A stretch of DNA of 64,000 nucleotides from Dermatophilaceae bacterium. GTDB taxonomy: Bacteria; Actinomycetota; Actinomycetes; Actinomycetales; Dermatophilaceae. Of the stretch, positions 30,404 through 39,437 are shown piece after piece (position 1 is the first letter of the stretch; the number at the start of each line of letters is the position of its first letter). Location: contig JAXLRS010000003.1 of assembly GCA_046330995.1 (NCBI GenBank), positions 373,634-437,633 on the forward strand, in the 5' to 3' direction. Below the pieces are notes generated by a model. It worked only from the letters and a program-made list of their open reading frames with translations, ran no database searches and was not told the DNA's origin. Position numbers and translations under genes: made by a program.

Positions 30404-30460
30404 GTCGAGAGATCAAATAGACCTCGTCGAGAGATCAAATAAACCTCGTCGAGAGGTCAT
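30404..30460. repeat. second copy of the 22-bp-periodic repeat element (3 direct units)
   Basis: GTCGAGAGATCAAATAG (30404-30420), GTCGAGAGATCAAATAA (30426-30442), GTCGAGAGGTCAT (30448-30460). Lies 33-90 nt upstream of the VOC gene start. Confidence 0.85.
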
Positions 30461-30515
30461 CCTCCTGGCGAGATCACATCGACCCCAACCCACTCGACCG
30501 CTCATCGGGTCCGCC

Positions 30516-31595
30516 TCAGACAGGCACCAGGGTGCACCGGCTCTCCTCCAGCCGGACGTATGCCGCTTCGCCCACCACCCGCTGCCTCGCCCGGGCCGTG
30601 GCCGGTCGCCCGTCGGGGAGGATGATCGTGACGGCGACATAGCCGCGGTGGTCGACCTGGTCGTGCACCGGCACGCGCACACCTCCCGGTTCGCTCCGTC
30701 CGTCCGTCGCGGCTCCCACGGTCCCGCTCACCCCCTCCTCCACCACCAACCCGCCCGGAGGGACAGCGAGCGCCATACCCGCCGGCACCCAGGTGCCCCA
30801 CCCCAGCGCCGCGGCGGCACCGGCGTCCAGGAACGGCCCATAGCCCAGGAACGCCGCCACCGACCGGCTGACCGGGTGCCGCCACAACCGCGCCGGCGTG
30901 TCGAGCTGACTGATCCGCCCGGCCTCCATGACCGCCACCCGGTCCGCCACCGCGAAGGCCTCGTCCTGATCGTGCGTCACGTGCACCGCGGTCGTCCCGG
31001 TCGCCCGGAGCGTGCCCCGCAGCACCCCGACCAGGTGCTCCCGCAGTGCCCGGTCGAGCGCCGACAGTGGTTCGTCAAGCAGCAGCAGCCGCGGCGCGGG
31101 CGCGAGCGACCGCGCGAGCGCGACCCGCTGCGCCTGCCCCCCGGACAGCGACGCGATCGGCCGGCGCCCGAACCCCGCCAAGCCGACCCGATCCAACAAC
31201 TCGGCCACCCGAGCTGCGCGTTCGGCGCGAGGGAGGTGGGCCACGCCATACGCGACATTGCTGCCGACATCCCGGTGTGGGAACAACTGCCCCTCCTGGA
31301 ACATCACCCCGAATCCGCGCCGATGCACCGGCACAGTGGTCAGATCCACGCCATCCCAACGGATTCGGCCCGACGCGAGGGGCTCGAGCCCGGCGATCCC
31401 ACGCAACAGCGACGACTTCCCCGAGCCCGACGCGCCGAGCAGTCCGACGATCTCCCCGGGCGCGACGGCGAGGTTCACGTCGTCGACTGCGGTGGTCGTA
31501 TGCCGCCCGCTTCCGTACCGCACGACCACGCCCTCCGCGCGCAGCCCCGTCTCCCCGGTCACCGAGGCGGTCTCCCGCACCACCGACCGGGTCAC
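30516..31595 (-). CDS. thiQ: ABC transporter ATP-binding protein (thiamine/iron(III)-type importer)
   Basis: GTGA overlap with the permease stop. Walker A GASGSGKS, LSGGQAQR, LLLDEP. The operon is headed by a TPP riboswitch. Confidence 0.8.
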   Translation of the reverse strand: MTRSVVRETASVTGETGLRAEGVVVRYGSGRHTTTAVDDVNLAVAPGEIVGLLGASGSGKSSLLRGIAGLEPLASGRIRWDGVDLTTVPVHRRGFGVMFQEGQLFPHRDVGSNVAYGVAHLPRAERAARVAELLDRVGLAGFGRRPIASLSGGQAQRVALARSLAPAPRLLLLDEPLSALDRALREHLVGVLRGTLRATGTTAVHVTHDQDEAFAVADRVAVMEAGRISQLDTPARLWRHPVSRSVAAFLGYGPFLDAGAAAALGWGTWVPAGMALAVPPGGLVVEEGVSGTVGAATDGRSEPGGVRVPVHDQVDHRGYVAVTIILPDGRPATARARQRVVGEAAYVRLEESRCTLVPV

Positions 31596-33274
31596 CACGG
31601 CAGCGCATCCCGCGGCCGGACCACCTCGGCGAGCAGCATGACCGTCGCGGTCAGCGCGGCGAGGACGACCGACGCCGCGAGGGCCGCGCCGAAGCTCGCC
31701 TCGCCCGGCCGCCCGATGAGCCGGAAGATCACCACCGGCAGCGTCGGCCGGTCGAGCCGCGCGAGGAACGAGGTCGCCCCGAATTCCCCGAGCGACGTGG
31801 CCATCGCGAACCCGGCGGCGATGCCGAGACCCCTCGCGAGGAAGGGCAGGTCGACGCTCGCGAGCACCCGCGCAGGCGAGGCCCCGAGCGTCGCCGCAGC
31901 CTCCCGCATCCGCGGATCGATCGCCCGGACCACCGGCAGCATCGAGCGGACCACCAGCGGCAGCGCGACGACCGCCTGCGCGATGGGGACGAGCACCATC
32001 GACGAGCGGAGGTCGAGCGGCGGCCGGTTGAGCGTGATGAGGAAGCCGAACCCGACCGTCACGGCCGACACCCCCAGCGGCAGCATGAACACGGCGTCCA
32101 GGGCCCGCAACCCCCGGCGCGCCACTGGCGTCCGTGGACGCCGGCTGACCACGAGGGTGACCAACACCCCGAGGACGAGCGCGATCAGCGTCGCTTCGAG
32201 CGCCACCACCACCGAGTTCCGTATGCCGCTCCACACCGGCACCGGTAGCGCCCGTCCGAGCGTGGTCGTCAGCGCGCGGTAGTGCGCGAGACTCCACTCC
32301 CCGCCGTCGCGCAGCGACCGGACGACCAGGCTGACCAGCGGCGCCCCGAGCAGGCCGAGGACGACGGTGGCGGTGACGAGACCGGGGAGGGCGTCCCGGC
32401 GCCATACCCACGGTTGCTCGGCGGACGCATCACCGCGCAACCGCAATGCCCGCTCCTGGCTCGCGGTCGTCGCATTCGTCACGAGCAGGCAGAGGGTGAC
32501 AACGACGAGTTGCGTGATGGACAGCGCGGCGGCGGCGCCGAGGTCGAGCAGTTGTGTGGTCTGATACCAGATCTCCGTCTCGATGGTCCCGTAGCGCACC
32601 CCACCGAGGACCATGACGATCCCGAACGCGCTCGCGCAGAAGAGGAACACCAGCGATGCCGCGGACGCGAGCGCGGGCGCGAGGGCTGGCAGGGTGACGG
32701 TGCGGAAGGCGCGCAGGGGTGAGGCGCCCAGCGCGCGGGCGGCCTGCGGCATACGCGGATCGAGGCGGGACCACATGCCGCCGACCGTCCGGACGACGAT
32801 GGAGTAGTTGAAGAAGACGAGCGCGAGGACGATCGCCGTGCGGCTCTGTCCGAGCCCGAGGAACCCGAGCGGCCCCGTCGGACCGAGAAGGGCGAGGAAG
32901 GCGGCGCCGACGACGACGGTCGGCAGGACGAACGGGACCCCGACGAGGGCGCGGATGAGCGCGCGGCCGGGGAATCGGCAGACATAGAGGACGTAGGCAC
33001 CCGGCACGCCGAGCAGCACGGACGCGACCGTCCCGAGCGCGGCGAGCGTCAATGTCGTCGAGACGATCCGCCACGTCCGGGCCTGCTGGAAGACCTCGGC
33101 GAATGGTCCCGCGTCGAACCGCCCGTCGGCGACGAACCCCCGCCCCACCAGCGTCACCACGGGCCATGCGAAGAACACCGCGAGGAACGCCAGCGGCACC
33201 GCACCCGCCACGACCCAACCCACGGGCCACACACCTCGGGCGCTCGGCCACCGACCTCCCACGCGGTCGGTCAC
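31592..33274 (-). CDS. thiP: ABC transporter permease, duplicated-domain type (ThiP-like)
   Basis: Two tandem permease domains (about 560 aa). GTG at 33274 overlaps the stop of the binding-protein gene. Confidence 0.85.
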   Translation of the reverse strand: MTDRVGGRWPSARGVWPVGWVVAGAVPLAFLAVFFAWPVVTLVGRGFVADGRFDAGPFAEVFQQARTWRIVSTTLTLAALGTVASVLLGVPGAYVLYVCRFPGRALIRALVGVPFVLPTVVVGAAFLALLGPTGPLGFLGLGQSRTAIVLALVFFNYSIVVRTVGGMWSRLDPRMPQAARALGASPLRAFRTVTLPALAPALASAASLVFLFCASAFGIVMVLGGVRYGTIETEIWYQTTQLLDLGAAAALSITQLVVVTLCLLVTNATTASQERALRLRGDASAEQPWVWRRDALPGLVTATVVLGLLGAPLVSLVVRSLRDGGEWSLAHYRALTTTLGRALPVPVWSGIRNSVVVALEATLIALVLGVLVTLVVSRRPRTPVARRGLRALDAVFMLPLGVSAVTVGFGFLITLNRPPLDLRSSMVLVPIAQAVVALPLVVRSMLPVVRAIDPRMREAAATLGASPARVLASVDLPFLARGLGIAAGFAMATSLGEFGATSFLARLDRPTLPVVIFRLIGRPGEASFGAALAASVVLAALTATVMLLAEVVRPRDALPW

Positions 33275-34401
33275 CCGATGACCTTGGCGGTCCAGTCCTT
33301 GATCCATTGGTCCCGCTTGGCCGAGATCTCGGCGGCGGGGACGGCGATCGGCGCCTTGGACAGGGGCGCGAACGTCACCCAGTCCGCGGGGAGCGTCGCG
33401 GTGTCGAGGACGGGATACATATACATCGACCCCGGGATGTCCTTCTGCACCGGCTTGCTCAGCAGGAAGTCGATGAACTTCCGGGCACCGGTCTCATTGG
33501 TCGCGCCCTTGATCACCCCGGCGTACTCCACCTGCCGGAAGCAGGTGTCGAGCAGGGCCACGGTGGCCGACTCGGTCCCGCCCTTGGGCACCTCGAACGC
33601 CGGCGACGTCGAATAGGACACGACCAGCGGCTTCGGACCCTTCCCGGATGACCCGGAGAACTCGGTCGAATAGGCCTCGGTCCAGCCCTTGACGGCCTCG
33701 ACGCCGTTGTCCTTCAACGCTCCCCAGTAGTCGAGGTAGCCGGGATCACCCTTGGCCCCCACCGTCGCCGCGAGGAAGGCCAGCCCGGGCGAACTCGACG
33801 CCGGGTTCTCGACGACGAGCAGATCCTGGTAGTCCGCCTTGGTCAGGTCGTCGAGCGTCTTGGGTATGGCGATCCCCTTCTTGGCGAACCATCCCTTGTC
33901 CGCGTTGACGCAGACATCGCCGTAGTCGATCGGGGTGAGGGTGTCGCTGTCGTCCGCCTTCAGCGCGGCGGCGGACGCCGGGAGGTCGGGCGCGGCATAC
34001 GGCGAGAGGATTCCCGCGGACTCCGCCCGCCCGGCGAAGGTGTTGTCGATCCCGAAGACGACGTCGCCGAGGGGGCTGTCCTTGGCCAGGATGAGTTGGT
34101 TGAGCACGGTCCCGGCGTCGCCGGGGGCGACGATGCTCACCTTCATCCCGCTCGACGTCTCGAACGCCTTGATCAGGTCCTCGTTGACCGCGAACGAGTC
34201 GTGCGCGACGACGGTCACGGTTGTCCCGGTGCTCAACGGGGCCGACGTCGCGCTTCCCGACGGTGTCCCCGACGCGCTCCCGGATGCGCTTCCGGAGGAG
34301 GTCGACGACGAAGTCGGCGACGTCGCGTCGGACCCGCATCCCGCAAGGGCGACGGCGCCGAGTCCGGCGAGCAGGACGGCGGCGTGTCGGATGGTGTGCA
34401 T
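33271..34401 (-). CDS. thiB: thiamine ABC transporter substrate-binding lipoprotein
   Basis: Lipobox LAGC and a Ser/Thr/Gly-rich linker. Periplasmic binding-protein fold similar to TbpA as I recall it. Confidence 0.8.
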   Translation of the reverse strand: MHTIRHAAVLLAGLGAVALAGCGSDATSPTSSSTSSGSASGSASGTPSGSATSAPLSTGTTVTVVAHDSFAVNEDLIKAFETSSGMKVSIVAPGDAGTVLNQLILAKDSPLGDVVFGIDNTFAGRAESAGILSPYAAPDLPASAAALKADDSDTLTPIDYGDVCVNADKGWFAKKGIAIPKTLDDLTKADYQDLLVVENPASSSPGLAFLAATVGAKGDPGYLDYWGALKDNGVEAVKGWTEAYSTEFSGSSGKGPKPLVVSYSTSPAFEVPKGGTESATVALLDTCFRQVEYAGVIKGATNETGARKFIDFLLSKPVQKDIPGSMYMYPVLDTATLPADWVTFAPLSKAPIAVPAAEISAKRDQWIKDWTAKVIG

Positions 34402-34451
34402 GAATTGTCCTCCAGTCTCAGTGGAGGGCCCGGCGTCGTGCCGGGGAGATG

Positions 34452-34545
34452 TCTCGACTCCCTACGCCGGTGCGAACCGGATCAGGTCCGAGGGTCTGCG
34501 CTCGCGCGCACTCTCAGCGCGCAACGGCGCTCCCCTGTCAGTCGG
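34452..34545 (-). ncRNA. TPP (THI-box) riboswitch
   Basis: The minus strand reads GGGGAGC...CTGAGA...ACCC...GACCTGATCCGGTTCGCACCGGCGTAGGGA. It is followed by a hairpin (CCTCCACTGAGACTGGAGG) able to sequester the SD of thiB. Confidence 0.85.
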
Positions 34546-34603
34546 GCCAGCCTACACCGCCACCCGCTCCGTGCCCGGCCCGTGCTTGGATCGCCGAGTG
34601 CGT

Positions 34604-35302
34604 ATGAACGAGTTCGGCCAACCGATCGGTGACCCCCTTCCCGCGTGGTCCCCGCGCCCCGCCATCGCCGCGGTTGTCCTGACCGGGGCGCACGTCCGCC
34701 TCGAGCCGCTCACACCCGGGCACGTGGACGTCCTCCATGCCCCGATGGTCACCGAGAGCGATCCGCGCATCTGGACCTATCTCACCGCGGGCGCGGGCAT
34801 GTCGCGCCCGGCCTTCGCCGACTATGTCGACTCCCTTCGCGCCATCCCCGCCGGTCTGCCGTTCGCCATCCGCGCGCCGGACGGTCGCGGTCTTGGGATC
34901 GCGTGCTATCTGCGGATCGATCCGCCGAACGGTTCGGCCGAGGTCGGCGGCCTCGTCTATTCGGCCGCCCTCCAGCGCACGGTCGCCGCCACCGAGGCGA
35001 TGGTCCTCATGGCGCGCCATGTCTTCGATGACCTCGGCTATCGCCGCTACGAGTGGAAGTGCGACTCCCTCAACGAGCCCTCTAGGCGCGCCGCCGCCCG
35101 CCTCGGCTTCCGCTACGAGGGCCGGTTCCGCAATGCGCTCGTCTACAAGGGACGCAACCGCGACACCGACTGGTTCGCGATGACCGACGCCGACTGGCCC
35201 GCGATCCGGGAGGCGTATGCCGCGTGGCTCGCCCCCACCAATTTCTCCCCGGATGGCCGGCAACGCCGGCCGCTCGCCGTGCCGGGCGCGTCCGCGCCCT
35301 GA
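34604..35302 (+). CDS. GNAT family N-acetyltransferase (RimJ/RimL-like)
   Basis: ATG at 34604 in ORF 33935..35302. RRYEWKCDSLNEPSRRAAARLGFRYEG is a typical Acetyltransf_3 core. Confidence 0.8.
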   Translation: MNEFGQPIGDPLPAWSPRPAIAAVVLTGAHVRLEPLTPGHVDVLHAPMVTESDPRIWTYLTAGAGMSRPAFADYVDSLRAIPAGLPFAIRAPDGRGLGIACYLRIDPPNGSAEVGGLVYSAALQRTVAATEAMVLMARHVFDDLGYRRYEWKCDSLNEPSRRAAARLGFRYEGRFRNALVYKGRNRDTDWFAMTDADWPAIREAYAAWLAPTNFSPDGRQRRPLAVPGASAP

Positions 35303-35352
35303 GTCCGTGCCATCCCAGAGTCGCTGCCCTGGGTGACGGCATACTGAACGCC

Positions 35353-35805
35353 GTGCCCGGAGTCATCGCCGTCCTCAACGGCCCCAACCTCAACCTCCTC
35401 GGAGAGCGCGAACCGCACATCTATGGCGCCGAGACGCTGGCCGATGTCGAGGAACGCGCTCGCCGTGCCGCCGCGGCCGCCGGCTTCGAGGTGGACTGCC
35501 GGCAGAGCAATCACGAGGGCGCTCTCATCGACGCTGTCCATGAACTGCGGCAGAGCGCGGGATTCGTGGTCAATCTCGGTGCCTTCACCCATACGTCGAT
35601 CGCGCTGCGCGATGCCCTCGCCGCGGTTTCCGGTCCCGTCGTCGAGGTCCACATTTCCAATGTTTACTCACGGGAAACATTTCGCCATTTGTCGTATGTC
35701 GCGCCCCTCGCCCTCGCGGTCATCTCGGGCTGCGGGACCCGAGGCTACGAGTTCGCCGTCACGGCGATCGCCGACCGGCTGGCGCGGGCGGAGTCCACAC
35801 CCTGA
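35353..35805 (+). CDS. aroQ: type II 3-dehydroquinate dehydratase
   Basis: VLNGPNLNLLGEREPHIYG, SNHEG and HISN motifs. GTG at 35353. Confidence 0.9.
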   Translation: MPGVIAVLNGPNLNLLGEREPHIYGAETLADVEERARRAAAAAGFEVDCRQSNHEGALIDAVHELRQSAGFVVNLGAFTHTSIALRDALAAVSGPVVEVHISNVYSRETFRHLSYVAPLALAVISGCGTRGYEFAVTAIADRLARAESTP

Positions 35806-36165
35806 ACCTCGCGCCACGCGCGGGGCCCCACCCCGCGTCGTGGGGGGTGACGGAGCCACGATGAGACTCGTTGGACGACGGCCGATTCCATTGGTTCAAT
35901 CCTCAACTAAGGATTACCTTACTCGCCAGTACGAATTGGGGTGGCGCCGTGACCCGCTTCAGCGCGCGCGCCCGCTGGAATCGTGCTAGCGTCTCCGGCG
36001 GTTGCACGAAAGCGTTTCTCAGCAAGTCCATCCGGGACGGTCGCTCGCCATGCGGGGTTCCGAGTGTGGGGGGTTTCAAGGCCCATGCGTGGGAGGGCAC
36101 TGGCAGCTCGGGATTACGTGAATCGCGTATTTCCGTCGCTTCATGAAAGAAAGAGATTCACCCAA

Positions 36166-36369
36166 ATGGCACAGGGCACTGTGAAGTGGTTCAACGCGGA
36201 GAAGGGCTTCGGTTTCATCGCCCAGGACGGCGGGGGCCCCGACGTCTTCGTCCACTACTCGGCGATCGACACCACTGGTTACCGGACCCTCGACGAGGCC
36301 CAGCGGGTCGAGTTCGAGGTCACCCAGGGTCCCAAGGGCCCGCAGGCAGACCGCGTTCGCCCGGTCTGA
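36166..36369 (+). CDS. cspA: cold-shock protein
   Basis: [18 protein letters not shown] with RNP1/RNP2 motifs, 67 aa. The upstream leader is long and lower in G+C. Confidence 0.95.
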   Translation: MAQGTVKWFNAEKGFGFIAQDGGGPDVFVHYSAIDTTGYRTLDEAQRVEFEVTQGPKGPQADRVRPV

Positions 36370-36417
36370 CCCAGGCTCCTGACCGGGCGCTGGGCCCGGA
36401 TCAGGTTCCGTCCCTCA

Positions 36418-36451
36418 ACGACGGCCCCGTCCTTCCCGACGGGGCCGTCGT
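36418..36451 (+). terminator. stem-loop downstream of cspA
   Basis: Perfect 14-bp stem ACGACGGCCCCGTC / GACGGGGCCGTCGT with a 6-nt loop. No T-tract. Confidence 0.6.
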
Positions 36452-36620
36452 CGTCTCCTCCGGTGCACGTCGATCCGGCAGCAGAGTCCTGAGGGCGTCA
36501 CTTGACCGGTGCCGCATTTGATCTGGCCCGGTCTCGAGTGCGAGGGTGTGCGATGGTGACGCCACGGCCGGCCTGCGATCGGTGATGTGGGCGCGCCAGG
36601 ACTGACGTGGAAGGAGTCAG

Positions 36621-38141
36621 GTGGCGCTGGGTCCATCGGACGAGGGCACATCCTCTCGGGCGTCCGCGGTCGCCACGCGTTCCGCTTTGCGTGCCGCCAA
36701 GCGCCGCCATCGCCGACGCATCGGCCTCGGGGTGCTGGCCGCGCTGCTCGTGGGCCTGACGGTCCTGACCGGCGCGGCCTACCTGAAACTCAACAGCAAT
36801 ATCACCCGAATCGACGTCAGCCGCGTGCTCGGCAAGAGGCCCTCGACGTCGTCGGTGAGTGCCGGCTCGCCGAGCCCCCTCAACATCCTGGTCATGGGTT
36901 CTGACACGCGGCAGGGAATCGGGACCACCGAATACGGCCGGGACACGGTCGAGGGCGGAGCGCACTCCGACACCAACCTGATCGTCCACCTGTCAGCCGA
37001 TCGCTCGCGTGCCCTGGTCGTCTCGATCCCGCGCGACTCCATGACCAAGGCGCCCAAGAACTGCGCCGACCCCGCGTCGACAGTCGCCAACGGCGAGGTC
37101 CGGCAGTGGAACTACAACTTCAACGCCGGCGGGCCAGGCTGCGTCATGAAGACGGTCGAGGGTCTGACCGGGATCTATCTCGACCACTTCATCGTCGTCG
37201 ACTTCCGCGGCTTCCAGGACATGGTCGATGCTCTCGGGGGCGTCGAGGTGTGCACGGCCAAGGACATCGACGACGCCGACTCCCAATTCACGTTGAGTGC
37301 CGGCCGGCACCGCCTCGACGGCAAGCAGGCGCTCGGCTATGTCCGGGTGCGCAAGACCCTGGGCGACGGGAGTGATCTGAACCGGATCAAGCGACAGCAG
37401 GCCTTCCTCTCCTCGATCGCGCAGGAGGCGACCAGCAGTCGCCTGCTCCTGCGTCCCGATCGACTCTTCTCCTTCCTCAACGCCGCGACCAGTTCACTCA
37501 CCTCCGATCCCGGGTTGAGCCTGACGACGATGACGTCGATCGCGCGCAGTGTGAGCAACCTCGGCGTCAAGAACATCGAGTTCGTCACCGTGCCGGTGGA
37601 GGTGTATCCCGCCGACCCCAACCGGGTCCAGTGGAAGGCGTCCGCCGACGATCTGTGGGCGGCCATTCGTGCCGACCGGCCGCTGCCGGGGACCGGTGAC
37701 GTGGCGAACTCGACACCGACCTCAACAGCGACCGTGGACAAGCCACTGACCATCAGGCCCGATCGGATCACCGTGACGATCAGCAACGACTCGGGCGTGA
37801 CGGGGCTGGCGCTGCAGGCGGGGGATGCCCTGCGCGTCCAGGGTTTCGTCGTCGACGGTTATCGCAATGGTCAGGCGGGTGCGATCAAGGGCACGCTCGT
37901 GCTCTATGGCACGGGCCAGAGCGAGGCGGCCCGCACCGTCGCCGCGGCCTTCCCCGGCTCCGTCATCAAGGCGGACCCTGCGGTCGGCCGGGTGATCGTC
38001 GTCCACCTGGGCATCGGGGCGGCCAATCCCGTCGAGGTGCCGAATCGCCTCGGCAACGCCGCGTTGCCGTCGATGACGGTGACGGCGACCAACTCCGACG
38101 ACCTGCAGACCCGCAACGCGGGTCAGGACATCTGCAACTGA
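36621..38141 (+). CDS. LCP (LytR-CpsA-Psr) family protein with LytR_C domain
   Basis: N-terminal TM anchor, NILVMGSDTR, HSDTNLIVHL, IPRDS and LGYVRVRK motifs. Confidence 0.85.
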   Translation: MALGPSDEGTSSRASAVATRSALRAAKRRHRRRIGLGVLAALLVGLTVLTGAAYLKLNSNITRIDVSRVLGKRPSTSSVSAGSPSPLNILVMGSDTRQGIGTTEYGRDTVEGGAHSDTNLIVHLSADRSRALVVSIPRDSMTKAPKNCADPASTVANGEVRQWNYNFNAGGPGCVMKTVEGLTGIYLDHFIVVDFRGFQDMVDALGGVEVCTAKDIDDADSQFTLSAGRHRLDGKQALGYVRVRKTLGDGSDLNRIKRQQAFLSSIAQEATSSRLLLRPDRLFSFLNAATSSLTSDPGLSLTTMTSIARSVSNLGVKNIEFVTVPVEVYPADPNRVQWKASADDLWAAIRADRPLPGTGDVANSTPTSTATVDKPLTIRPDRITVTISNDSGVTGLALQAGDALRVQGFVVDGYRNGQAGAIKGTLVLYGTGQSEAARTVAAAFPGSVIKADPAVGRVIVVHLGIGAANPVEVPNRLGNAALPSMTVTATNSDDLQTRNAGQDICN

Positions 38142-38161
38142 GGCCTGGTCGGTTCGCTGCC

Positions 38162-38768
38162 TCAGGTCGAGGCGCGATCGCCGAGGAGGTAGGCCGCCTC
38201 GACGATGTGGTCCAGCGCCTGTCGCGCCTCATCCTCGGTGAGGACGCCTCGGGCATAGGAGTAGGTCGCGCCCAGCCAGCCGAGGGTGAGCACCTGGAGC
38301 AGGCCGGTCTGCCAGGAGTCGGCGTCGCGGGCGAATGGCGGAGCCAGGCCGGGAGCCGAGCGCAGCCTCTCGTCGGTGGCGGCACGGTCCCGGCTCTCCG
38401 AATCGTGCACGTCGTCGGGCTCGGCCGAGAAGGCCGCGAGCGCGAGGCCGGGCAGGCGCGTGAACTCATCGAAGCTCGCAATGCAGAGCGCGCCGGGAGA
38501 TGTCGACATTGCGGTCGCCCGGGGCGATCTGGTCGAGGACAGCGTCGTGAGCCCGGGTCTGGAGGTGAATCGCGAGGGCGAGGAGGAGGGCGTTCTTGCT
38601 CGGGACGATCGAATAGAGCGTGTTCAGCGACATCCGGCATTCGTTGGCGACCTTGCGCATGACCGGACCGGTGAAGTCACCTCGCTCGATGACGGCGAGC
38701 AGGCCCGGTAGGACCCGCTCGCCCAGGCGAGGGTCCGCCCCCTGGACATTTGTCCTGGACATCGTCAT
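38162..38768 (-). pseudogene. TetR-family regulator split by a frameshift
   Basis: ORF 38466..38768 holds the HTH (MRKVANECRMSLNTLYSIVPSKNAL). ORF 38162..38509, in another frame, holds a TetR-like C-terminal domain. The frames switch around 38500-38530. Confidence 0.6.
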
Positions 38769-38830
38769 AGCGACACATTACCGGCAGGTCACCTGGTGCG
38801 GGTCGCTGGCGCTCGACACGGCCACGAACG

Positions 38831-38857
38831 GGAGGGGAGCTCGGCTCGCCCTCCCGT
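38831..38857. terminator. GC hairpin downstream of tRNA-Ser
   Basis: GGGAGGG...CCCTCCC inverted repeat about 10 nt beyond the tRNA 3-prime end. Confidence 0.4.
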
Positions 38858-38868
38858 CGGGTCGTGCA

Positions 38869-38961
38869 TGGCGGAGGCGGAGGGATTTGAACCCTCGATG
38901 GGCGATTGACCCAAACCGCATTAGCAGTGCGGCGCCATAGACCGGACTAGGCGACACCTCC
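38869..38961 (-). tRNA. tRNA-Ser (anticodon GCT)
   Basis: Manual fold: acceptor GGAGGTG/CGCCTCC, anticodon loop CTGCTAA, long variable arm, T-arm GAGGGTTCAAATCCCTC, encoded CCA. Confidence 0.9.
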
Positions 38962-39019
38962 CAGGCGCGGCAACGATATCCGGCCGGGCGCCTTCGGAGC
39001 AAAGCGGATCGTCCGGACC

Positions 39020-39433
39020 CTAGACAAGGAGCTGGCCGACGGTCGTGGAGCCGCGGAACATCCAGCCCCGCATGAGGAGATAGCGCACGACGGCACCGAG
39101 GACGGTCGCGATCGCGAGCGCCCCTGTCTCCGCCAGCGTCCCGGGGTGGGGAACCAGGGCGTGGACGAGCGCCAGGGAACCGGCCGTGACCACCCAGCTC
39201 ACGCCGAGGAGGACGAAACCCTGCGCCTGGTGGCGCACCTGGCTGCCCGACCGGACGCCGAACGTCCAGCGCCGGTTCGCCGTGGTGTTCGCGAGGGTGG
39301 CGAGCACGAGGGCGAGGATGTTGGCGGCCTGGGCGGACGGCATACCGGCGGAGCGGAACCCGGCGAACAGCGCGAGGTGAAGGAGTGTGGACGCGCCGCC
39401 GACGACGGCGAACCGGAGTAGTTGGCGGGACAT
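39020..39433 (-). CDS. GtrA-family membrane protein
   Basis: 137 aa, four TM helices, RFAVVGGASTLLH start and NRRWTF motif. Confidence 0.85.
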   Translation of the reverse strand: MSRQLLRFAVVGGASTLLHLALFAGFRSAGMPSAQAANILALVLATLANTTANRRWTFGVRSGSQVRHQAQGFVLLGVSWVVTAGSLALVHALVPHPGTLAETGALAIATVLGAVVRYLLMRGWMFRGSTTVGQLLV

Positions 39434-39437
39434 GGGG

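Noticed and set aside
35806-36165. Low-G+C 360-bp non-coding stretch that might hide a small RNA or island junction.
   Set aside because: Most simply explained as the long 5-prime leader and promoter typical of cspA-type cold-shock genes.
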